Below are positions 12,101 to 24,100 of a stretch of DNA of 64,000 bases, one piece after another. The stretch is taken from NCBI GenBank assembly GCA_964187785.1, contig OZ076409.1, positions 98,706,001 to 98,770,000 of the forward strand, in the 5' to 3' direction. The stretch is from Amphiscolops sp. MND2022 (taxonomy: Eukaryota). The position numbers were made by a program, and so were the translations under genes. The notes beneath the pieces are model-generated. The model saw only the letters and a list, made by a program, of their open reading frames with translations, made no database searches and was not told the DNA's origin. Positions within the stretch are counted from its first letter, which is position 1; the number at the start of each line of letters is the position of its first letter.

Positions 12101-15100
12101 ATGCTCGTCAGCATTTGGTGGGAAAAACAAGGATGTCGAAGGCGAGAGTGCTCGTCGCGAAGAAAGGAGCAAAATCAATTGTTGGACGTGATTAGCTCAC
12201 AGCTATCAAATACAAAATTGAACAGTCAATGACAAGAGGTGAGAACATTGAAAGTAGCATTTCCTGCGAAAGTGCAAATCCTGAGATTAAGCTAAGTCCG
12301 GACGCGGAGCAATTAGTTGCAGAGTTTCCTAATTTGTTTGAGAGACGCGGTAGAGTAAACAATTACAAGAATACAATCGATATGAAAGACGGTACGCGCG
12401 ATACTCAGCAGAAAGGTCGTAGAATACCCTTGCAATTGCAAGACCAAGTAGACAAAGAAATTAAACAATTATTAGAACAAGGACATATTGAAAAAGTGGA
12501 TACGATAAAGGATGACGTTTTTATACAACCGGTAGTGATAACTGTAAAGAAAGATCGTTCTATAAAAATAGCGTCAGACGCAAGAGCGCTAAATAACTCA
12601 ATTGCAAAAGACAAATACCAAATGCCGACTTTAGAAAATTTAATGGACATGATCGCAGAAAAAATTGATGGAAAAGAAGGAGAACTATGGTATTCTTCAG
12701 TTGACATGAAATACGCGTATGGTCAGGTACCATTAGATGAAAGTACGGCGAAACATTGTAACTTCCAAATCATCGGTGGAAAATCAACCAGTACATACCG
12801 ATTCATAACCGGACATTATGGACATCAATTTGCAATTGAGAGCAGACAAATGTAAAATAACTTGTACAAAGATACAATGGTTGGGATACGAGTTGTCAGG
12901 GGAAGGCATTGCCCCGGTAAAGGGCAAAGTGCAAGGAATCACCGAAAGACTGCGACCTGGGTAACTTGAGAGATTTGAGGTCATTCCTTGGAGCAGTTAA
13001 CCAACTAAATAAATTTGTACCAGATTTAGCTAACATTTGCGCACCATTTAGAACAATATTGAAGAAAGAAGCTGAGTGGAAATGGACGCGAGAACACGAG
13101 AAGGCATTTTTAAAAATAAACCAAGAAGTGAAAAGAATAACGGAATTGACACATTTTAAAAGAGATAAGAAACGAGGAATGGAAACCAGTGTCATTTGCG
13201 TCTAGATTTTCAACAGACTTTGAATTCAAATACTCAATCAACGAATGGGAGTTATTAGCGGTAGTTTGGGCGATCGAACATTTTAAAAACTACGTGTACG
13301 GCGTGAAATTTCAAGTAGTTTCAGATCGAAAAGCGTTGGCATCAGTGCAAAAACCAAATTATGAAGCTGATAAAATGCTTCAAAAAGATATCCATTTGGT
13401 AAACTGTAAGGAAGGAGCAAAAAACTCCCGACTGCCTGCGCCTTGGCGCAAAAACTTCAATTCCTTTAGCGTCGATAGTAGAAACTACCTTTACATGGAC
13501 GAGCGATTAAGTATACCAACAAATTTACGCGCCTCGATCATGAGTTCAATCCATTACGGACACCTTGGCTGAGATACCATGTTGCTGTTAATATCTAACA
13601 TCTGGTGGCCCAAAATACACCGGGAAGTGGTCACGACAGCAAAATGTTGCGATCAGTGCAACAAGGCAGGTAAAAATATTAAACCTTTGCTAAAACAGAA
13701 ACAATTTGGAAAAATCCCAAAATCGGAAAACCGAACGATGAAACAGCACTAGATTTTGCGGGCCCGTTTCAAAACGCCGAACACGGAAAAAAATACTTAC
13801 TAGTTGCCATAAATAACTTCTCCGCATGGCCCGACGCCTCATTTTTACAACAACCGACAACGAAGAAACTAATCGTATTTAAAAAAAAAACTTTATATCC
13901 CAATACGGTATTCCGAAACAAATTAGATCAGATCTGGGCACAGCATTTACTAGCGAAGAGTTCAAAACATTCTGTCGAAAACTCCAAATAAATCATGTAA
14001 CCTGCCCAGTGCGCGACCACCGAGAAAATGGCAAAATCGAACGATTAATCCGAACCATAAATGAACGCCTACAGACGAATAAAAACATTGTCTTGAAAAA
14101 ATCACAGCTGTCGGAAATTTTTTACGCGCTAAGAATGGGGGAAAAGCAGACGGAAAATCGCCATTCGAAAACTTGTACGGCCGGAAACCGAACACGGTAA
14201 AAAGCAACATCGTAGACAAAATTAAAGGTGTTTCAAAAGTAGATCCAGGCCTCAAGTTCTCCGCATCAGACCTCGGGGAGGAAGTAGACTCAGCGATAAT
14301 GGTGAGGGAGAGGACTCGAGGGTCCAAATTGGAAAGCCAATTTAGAAAGAAAGCGAGGAAAATCATCAAAGAGACTGCCCACACCATTACGTTTCTACCC
14401 AGAGACGGGAAAAAGGAAATCGTGTACTCCAAGCGAGATGTGGCAAAGACAAAACCACAAAAGAAAAGAGCAATCCCAACCCCCAGAGAAGAACAAGCCG
14501 GACCGTCCTCAAGATGAAATGAAACGGAGGAGTCTTCGGAAGACGAGACGTATGTAGTGTCCGAAGAAACTAAGAACGAGGAATCAACCCCAACGGACAC
14601 CACCATCACAGAAAATGTGGATGACACAGCTGAGTCAGAAAATGAAAGGGAGCCGAGGCCTGGGACCACTGAGACGGAAGGCAAGGAAACAGCAATTCCC
14701 CAAGAAGTGCCAACTCATCAGGAAACGGCAAACCCAGTAGAAGACAATATTCCTGGAAAAGGAAAGAAGAAGGCCGTGAAGGCATCGGTGGTGTGGAGCC
14801 CCCCACAAAGAGAAAGTCGCCGAAGACGGCCAACGGAGCGCTACGGGATTGACGTAGTAATGAAAGTCGATGAAGAAGATAAAAACAAGAGAGCTAAAGA
14901 ACTTGAAGTCAAAAACATCTGAAACAGAAGAAACATTAAACATTGTAACTGCACTTATACATTACCACATTATTACATTATCTTACAGTCATATAATCTG
15001 AAATAAAACAACATTGACAGTTCTGGTATCATTTATTAACATGTAATGAAAACCCCAGGTGTTGTGCTAAAACGGGGAGTGTGACAGAGTACTAAAAAGA

Positions 15101-18100
15101 ACAGTTACGTTAAAGATATTATTTACTAACACCTGTCACAAATGCTAGAATGAAATACATAACACTACGTTTAGTTGCTGTTGTCTTTACATCGAGATAC
15201 AGTTCGTAATACATTATTATCTCCCCTTCTTTTTTTCGTCATAAACTGCCTCTCAGTAGTTTCTAACAGGTTACTCTCTCAGTAGTCTGCAGTCATTCAA
15301 TTTTGAATTTAGACCTTGTGGCAATGATTCTTTTGATTTCTTTTTGAGTAAGGTTGTGTTAGTAACAACCTGTTAGTTCGAGAGTTTCTTTAAAGGGGTT
15401 ACGTGATAATGGCGGCACTTGCTCTGCCACCCCACCCAAATTGCACTTCTTGGAAAACAGCCTATACTGTGGTCAGTACGACACGATCGATGTCCTTGTT
15501 TTATGAAGAAACCATAACCATCGACAGTTCGATTATTTCCTGTAGCTACATTCCGAGGAAGAAAATGGATGTCGAAAAAGACACAAACGTTGAAGTTGTC
15601 TAGTTCGAACGAAAATTCTACATCCAATATGTGATTGTGATAATCTTCTTCCAAGTCTTCGCTTTTCCTTCCATTTATTTTTGAAAGGGCTGTTTAGTAG
15701 AATTTAAATAGTAAAGATTGAAAACTACCTTGAACTGAATAGAACCTGCGTTTTTTAAAATCTATAATAGAAGACCATTCACACACAATAGATTTCGGAA
15801 ATTTGTTGAGACCCGAAAAGCAAAATCTTTCATTCAGTTTACGACATGTTTACGCATATAAAATCCTAAAAATGGAATATGGGGCACATTTCACCCACAG
15901 TGCCTAATTAGGTAACGTTTTTCTCAGTAATGAAATTTTGTTCGCATTGTGAAATTTAGACAGTCATTAATCTCAAAATATTTTACAATCCTGCTCTGAA
16001 AAACCTCTCATTCAAAATACTTCTTTCAGCCTAATTTGTTTACAATGCCGCCACTTCACAAAATGATGTCGATGCTTTGCAACATAATGTCGTGTGCGAC
16101 TGATGGCAAATAAAAAGAAAGAAACTTACCGTGAAAACTCAAAAAGAAATAAACCCAAAACTTGTAATATATAATTGTGTCTTTTGTAACTTGCGCAGTT
16201 TTATCTTTATTATTTTCTCGCTTAGCTCTGAATTTTGAACACGCTCGAACGTGTTCACTCCCTTGTTCAGCGACGCTGCACACATTCCTTATTTGGTCAT
16301 GACGTCAAATGACATCATTTTGTCGTGCACGCTACGCATGCGAATAACACATACAAAACGCTTTCGTTTGTATAGTCATTTGACTTGACGTCATATGATG
16401 TCATGCTCGTCAGCCAATCACGATAGTGATTCGATTTTATTGGCGGACGAAGCGGTCAAATTTAGTATAAAAGCAGACCGAATTTTCAACTCTCAGAGCT
16501 CTTCTTTTGGAATAATACTAAATCGACAAACCCGACCACTCCAACTTCTCAATCTCTTTGCACGAGTTCGACTCCCATCATCAGCGCGGCGCAGTATTTG
16601 TTAGTTAAAATCTTTTCAATTTTCTTTTCGGAGCTTTCATTTTCACTTTCATTTTTTTTCTAAGTCTTTCTCTTAACTTAAACTTAAATTAGCAAAACTT
16701 AAAATTTTACAAGTCTTGGCTCAATTCTATCTTTGACAATTCTCAACGCTGCTTCAAGTAAAGCAATTCTAACTTATACTTTTGTCAAGCCTGCTTCCTA
16801 GCTGAAGCAGCTTTAACTTTGACAATTCTCAACGCTGCTTCAAGTAAAGCAATTCTAACTTATACTTTTTGTCAAGCCTGCTTCCTAGCTGAAGCAAATT
16901 CTATCTTTGACAATTCTCAACGCTGCTTCAAGTAAAGCAATTCTAACTTATACTTTTGTCAAGCCTGCTTCCTAGCTGAAGCAACTTTAACTTTGACAAT
17001 TCTCAACGCTGCTTCAGGTGAAGTAATTCTAACTTATACTTTTTGTCAAGCCTGCTTCCTACCTAAAGCAATTTTGTCTTTGACAATTTTCAATACTATT
17101 TTCGAGCCAAAACATTTTCAAGCCTGCTCTTAAGATAGAGCAATCATTCTCTTACGTTGGAGTTTTAGTTGACTTTTGACTTCGAACAGAAGCTATTATA
17201 CCGTCTTTGTTCAACAAAGATTGAATAGTCCCTACTTTATAGTGGACTTTAAACCAAAGTCTGGTGATATTCACTGACTCTAAACTAAAAACCACAGCCT
17301 CAGCTGGGTTATAAGAGACTTAAACAACTTAGCTATTGTCTGACTCTTCAAGCCGGACCGTTCTCAATTTGAGACAAAGAGTAGCCGTATAGCGCTCTAT
17401 AAAAATAGTACGACGAAGCGTTGTTCTAAAACCAAAGGATAGCGATTCGCTGCCTTTCCCAGTCCGTGACAATCGGTGGACTATAAACGCCGTGCAAGCC
17501 ATTAGCTGCACTTTAGAAGAGAGGTTCGCCCTCTGACTTAATAAAATAAAACATAGTAAAAACTTTACGGCTTATCCTCTGATAACTTATTTCAATAACC
17601 TTCCCTAGTGACTTAACTTATTTCATTTAAAGATTGATATTAAACTAGATTTAGTTATATTTTGTTTATTTAGCCTAATTTGTTTGTTTTGCTTTTGTAT
17701 AACTTATGTCTATTACAACTTTAGTATAAATAGAGAAAGATTCAATTCACCTATTTCTGAATCCAAACATTCTTTTCTCCCGGGTCGTAACAATAAAGTC
17801 CTTCCAATCGAACCCGCGCCTGAGACGACTTTTGTTGAAGTGTAAGGAAGGCACAGTCGCGGAAATTTTAAGTACCAGCATATTTTACTTTTTCGAGCAG
17901 AAAAATAGAAGAGAAACAAGCTAAGAGTTCACGAATTAGACGATAATTGAGGCTTATAACTACCGAAATTCAAAGAGAAAAACTGAAGGAAGAAAATCAC
18001 TAATTTTGAATATTCTTAGAGAAGTTTTCACTAATTGGAAAAAAGATATAGATTCATCAATCTTCCTACCAACTTAACAAGCAACGGTACAAATTAACAA

Positions 18101-21100
18101 GCACTTCACAAACTGGTGCGACCAGTGAGGCAAACCCATTTCATGATAACTTTGGAAGACCCGGACTACTCACTAATCTGGTTTCTGATTTTCTACCATC
18201 TTGTCACTATTTTTATTACACTTGTTGTAAAACTAACTATCTGGACGATATCAACGCACCTCTAAAATAACTGAGGTCTATGATAACAGTGATAACTCCT
18301 GAAGACCCGGATTATCTACTCATTGCTGGAATCTTTCTCGTGTTCATCACCCTTGTCACCTGTCTTTGTGCACTTACTTTCAATTTTGCTATTGAAAACT
18401 CAATTGCAGAATATTATTCATCTACACCTTAACTAAGATAACTTCAATCACAAGAAGACACAAACTGTCACAAATCTGAGAATGGCTCAGAACGCAGTCT
18501 CTTTCCCCGATCTAGCTTTGGACAAGTTCTCTGGGAACGACCCAGACCAAGATGTTAAATCATTTCTTCTGACAGTAGAAAACAAGATAGATTTTTCACT
18601 TGGATCACCCCCAAATGCAGCTGATGATGCAGCTAGATATCTCTTCAGAAAGAAAGCACTTTTCTCATCTCTCCTCCGCGGACCAGCCGCAGAATGGTAC
18701 GAAGTATTTAACGTAGGTAACCCACTACCTACTTGGATTCAAGTCAGGACAGCTTTCATAACTCGCTTCTCAGATGACAGAGACAAATACAGGCACAGAA
18801 TAACTGCTGAAAACTGTGTTAGAGGAAAAGAAGAACTAGTCAAAAATTTCTATCATAGAGTCAAACAAGCAGTAGACAAAGGATGGCCTATTGATGCAGC
18901 AGCCAATCAAAATGAGAGAGATGCTCAACAAAACTTGAGAAATCAGAAGTATATTGACTTCACAATCAGAGGACTAACTCCTTCGGGACTTAAGAGGAAA
19001 GCTCATGAATACCTGATAGAACATCCAAATACAACATGGGACAATTTCAAAGACCATGTCGCCAACAAAGACTTGATTTACTCAGTAAGTTCGGAATTCG
19101 TACCAAACACAACTAATGAGCAGAACTCTAAACTGGACTCGTTAGAAAAACAAGTCAGAGAGCTTTCAACACTTCTGAAAGAACAACAAGTTAATGCTTT
19201 GAATCAAGCCAACACACGAACCAATGATGTGAACAATAAATCCAGACAGAATGCCACACGCTTCTGTCACTATTGTAGACGAAACGGGCACACTCTACAA
19301 TATTGCAGAACTAAAGCTTTTGATGACGAACGAAAACGCCAATACAATCGTGAGAACCAGCAGAAAAAGCCAACGTTCACCAATGATTACAACAAGAGAA
19401 AGGGACCGAATTTTGGATCACACAACTACCACAACTCAAATTCTCAACACAATTCCAACTCTTCACAAAGATTTGGTAACATTTATAGTCAGCCGTACAA
19501 TAGAAACCAAAATTTCAGCAATCAGAATCATAACAACCAGAGTAACTCGAATCAAGGGCAGAATCAACGAACAGGGCAAAATAACTACAACTTTCCCGCA
19601 AGGCAGAATAACAACTCCAATACTCAGTATAACAGAAATTTCCCTCAGAACAATTCTAACGCTCTCTCTAACAATGTGCAATTCATTGATGACGACTCGC
19701 AAGAGATGATAAACTCAATCTCCAACTACTTTGCTTTAAACTACTAAGGTCTCCGCAGCCAGATGAAGAAGGTAACTTCAAATCACGCTTCCATATGAAT
19801 GTTTTCTATTTTCCCACCGGAGACTCTAAAAAAGATAGTGGACTTGAAATCGAATTCATGGTAGATACCGGAGCAGCTTGCTCTATCATCAACTATCGCA
19901 CTTTTTGTGAAATTTCTCAGTTTCTGCAACCAATTACAGTAGTGAGAAGTAAACAAAAGACAAGAACGTACACTGGAGAAGAAATACCGATGTTGGGTCA
20001 TACAACTCTAAACTTTAGTTTTGACTCTGATGGACAACACTGCTTTCAACTCCAACTCTGGATAACAGAAACTAAAACAGCAAATCTTTTGGGTATTGAA
20101 TTCTGCAGAAAATATATCTCCAAACTCCACTTCGATATTCCGGCATTGGAACTTAAAGACACTCCTAACACAATTTGCTATGGCAGCCTTTGTGCTACCA
20201 AACCTTATCCCTACCTATCACTAATCAGGGCAATACCGCATCAGATACACATTGATGCTAAGACCTCTCGTGTCTACAAATATCAACCAGAAGAAGAACA
20301 CACTAATTTTGCACCAGGAACTACTTTTATCCCTCATCAAAAAGTAGCTAACTCAGGACTGGACTTTGTGAATGTACTTTGTACGCAATCAGAACAATAC
20401 CTACCGATTCTAATGGAGAACAACAAAAACCACCAAATAACTCTCGATAAAGGAATTTTGGGATATTCATCGCTGGATGTACTCGATTTCGAACGACCAA
20501 AATACCAAATAAAAGATTGTGTTAAAATGGTTGACTGTATACTATCTGAGAATGATCAGTATAAAGAATGTTTCCTACTGCACTCGACACTACCCCGTGA
20601 ACCAGACTTCAAAGATGGCATACGTATCATCAATGGGAACGATGATACAATCTTTGAAAGTCAAACAGCCATTGCTCACTGCATATCGGCAGATGCAAAG
20701 ATGAGTAAAGGCTTTGCTGAAACTATCACTGACCACATCGGTGGACTACAAGAATATTGCTACAAATCAAAATCTTTTGTTGGTTCAGTTATACCCTTCT
20801 GGGACAATGATGCAAATAGATTCGTATACAACCTTGTTACAAAGAACAAGTTCTTTGAAAAACCTACCCTTGAGAACCTTCAAATATCGCTTGAAAACAT
20901 GAAAGGCCACGCTCTGCTCAACAATGTTCACATAATAACAATGCCAAAAATTGGTTGTGGACTCGACAAACTCCCTTGGAATGAAGTACTAAAGATATTG
21001 AAAGACACATTCACTGACTCTGGAATTCTCATTCAGATCATCTCCAGAAACGAACTAGACTGTAAAATGGCTAACAAACCTTCGAGCTCTATCGAAGATG

Positions 21101-24100
21101 AAATTGATAACTACACGAACGAATGGACGAATGAAAAGAACGAGCTAGAAACAGACTTCACCAAAGATTCAAAATCATGTCAGCCTCCGTGTAAGGAACA
21201 ATTTCCAATACTGAGACCTAAAGAGTTAAACAATGATCTCATCGACTACTATCTACAGTATCAACCTCAAGAAATAAAAGACTTCATCAAACAATTCGAT
21301 TTTCAATACACCGATTTAGAAGATGAAGAACTTGTTATGCTGATAGATATGATCATTGACTCCAGAGATGTATACTCACAACACAAATTCGATATTGGCC
21401 AAACCAAACAGAAGTTCCATGTCACTCTAAAACCAAACTCAGAACTCCGCAAACAACGTCCTAGCAAAGTTCCACTCCATCTGAAAGATAAGCTTGAAAA
21501 ACTTCTTGGACAACTACAAGAAACGGGCATCATTAGAGAAATGGGAGACGACGACGAGCTTGGTTCACTATTCGTAAATCCAATCATTCTCCTACCTAAA
21601 GCTGACTATGTTAAACTTGTTATTGACGCTAGATATCTAAATTCTATCACTGACTTAACAAACTACTCTTGGCCACTCGAGCCAGTCCAAATGATTATGA
21701 CAAGAATCAACGGCAAGTATTTTACAGCAAGTGATCTTTCTTGTGCATATCACCAAGTACCTCTTAGTGAAGAAACTCAGAAACTAACTAGTTTCATCGT
21801 AGGTGGAAAACAATACACCTATCAAGTTGGATTCTATGGCCTTTGTGGACTCCCTCAATGGTTCAGCCGAATGATGGCGATTAACTTCGAACCACTTGTA
21901 AAGAAGAAACAAGCAATCACCTATCTTGACGATAGTCTTCTCCAATCACAAAACAAAGGCGAGATGTTCACAATTATACACGAATATCACCAACTTCTAC
22001 GAAAAGGTGGACTAAAAGCCGCACCTGACAAGACACACTTCTTCTTGAGAAAAGTAAAATTCCTGGGACACGTTATATCTCAGGACGGAATTCAACCAGT
22101 AGCTAAACGAGTACAAGACTTGAAGAATTTGAAGTCACCGGAATGCAAACGAGACGTAATGAAAGTCCTCGGATGTTTAGGCTTTTATAGCTGTTATATC
22201 AAGAATCTACACGTCGATAGTCAACCGTTCTATGAATTGATAAAAGACACTACACCTTTCAAATGGACTGAACAACACGAAACACTTTTCAACCAGATAA
22301 AAGAAAGAATCTCAGAAGATACTATTTTAGCAGTTCCTTCAACTGAATACCCTTTTCATATTCACGTTGACTCTTCGAATGTAGGGACTGGATGTATCTT
22401 AGTTCAACAATTTCCAGAAGGAAAACGAATAGTCTCTTTCAACTCTCGTGTCTTTGATAAAGCAGAACAAAAAATGTCTACCCTCCACCGAGAACTTTGT
22501 GGTATTGTATCTGCACTACAAACCTATGAGCACTACATTATTGGCTCACCATTTCCAATCTACCTATACTGTGACCACAAACCCATTCTCTACTTATGGG
22601 GACGAAAAGGACAACTTTCTCATCGGTTCTTCAAGTACCAAGTTATAATAACAAAATTTCACAACTTGAAGATAATCTGGACGCCAGGTTCAAACTTAGC
22701 TTTCCCAGATATACTTAGCCGAAACGTAACACTGTCCGACATCAACAAATTACAGCTACAGCATAAAGAAATACCGAAAGAGATATCATTCTATGATGAA
22801 AAGGGAGACCAGATGCATTACACTATCAAACACGAAGATAGCCAAGATATCTCATGCAACGACTTCTTTCCGATAATCTGCCAACATGGAAACGATAGAC
22901 AAATCCTACACCTAAAGAATGATGGTGACGAACAATATGTCGAAGACTACATAGAAGACAATGAAGTCTTAGCTACAATGCAAGACATGACCGATTGCTT
23001 TAAACTCGGCAAGACAATAAACCAATATAAACGACTTTGCTCAGATGTTTGCCCCTACTTCACAAATTACACCATCGAAGAGGAAACCTACAGCGAAATT
23101 GAAGAACAACAAGATGACGGCTACAACAGCGACAACGAAATAGCAGAACTAAACTTCGATCAGAAGGACTCCGAATTCTTACACGATTTCTCACTTGCAA
23201 ACGAATCAATCCGAAGAAACCAGTCACGAAAACCAATTCTAAAATCCAACATAGACTCAGAATTACACCCAGAGGTAGACACAAAGGAATTGACACAAAA
23301 ATTGAGTGATTTTGCAAAAACTGCTGATTTAGATGTAACTACATTAGTTGAAGAACAACTCAATGATCCAGTACTACAAAAAGTACGCAGTTGGATAAAG
23401 AAATCAGATAAACGACCAACAAAAACACATGATATCAATCAATCTAAATCACTACTGTCATACTTCAACCGATTTGAGCAACTCTTTATAGACGAAGAAA
23501 CCAACCTCCTATGCTACAACGAGACAGTTCAGGAAACAAGCAAAACTGAGATGAAAATATGTGTTCCTCTATCATTGTTTCTACCACTTTTCAAACTTGC
23601 TCACACACACAGCCACAGTGGTCATCCTGGAATATTTAAGACCTTTGAAAATATTAGACAATTTTTCTTTTGGCCAGGACGATACAAATGGATAGTTTAT
23701 CTCATAGAAGACTGTATCGAATGTCAAACCAATAAGTCAAAACGTCATGACTTACACGAAGCTCCCTTGGAACAATGGGGAGAACTTGAAACTACACCTT
23801 TCAAAACCATTCATATAGACCATAAAGGCCCGCTCAGGCCTAGTAGCAATTCTAACAACCATTGCTTAGTAGTAGTTGACGCATTTTCAAGATTCATTGG
23901 TGTCTACCCAGTAAAAGATACTAGCGCACAAGCTACTATTACTGCATTAGAAAAATGGATCACATCCTATGGAATCCCTCAGAAGATAATACACGATAAC
24001 GGGACAGCATTTATCAACAGTGACTTCATCAACTGGACTAAAGAATTCGGAATAACTCTTGCACCACGTACAACTTACTCACCATGGACAAACGGAAAAG

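Larger units (their letters stand above)
10279..15268 (+). mobile_element. Decayed Ty3/Gypsy LTR retrotransposon (Mag-like)
   Basis: LTRs 10279-10936 (interrupted) and 15080-15268 with TG...CA ends; PBS TGGCGCTGCAAG at 10937; PPT AAAACGGGGAG; fragments with zinc knuckles, protease IIDTGS, RT, RNase H and integrase. Confidence 0.92.
9874..15746. mobile_element. Old DNA element with ~140-bp degenerate inverted termini enclosing the decayed Gypsy
   Basis: 9874-10019 (GGTTCTATTCACTTCAAGGTAGTTTTCAATC...) is an imperfect reverse complement of about 15606-15746; no clear TSD. Confidence 0.55.
16088..18110 (+). repeat. 5' LTR (2023 bp)
   Basis: Direct repeat of 33052-35073. Confidence 0.97.

Noticed and set aside
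13962..14943. Minus-strand ORFs over the decayed Gypsy
   Set aside because: Shadow frames of the integrase tail with no independent motifs.
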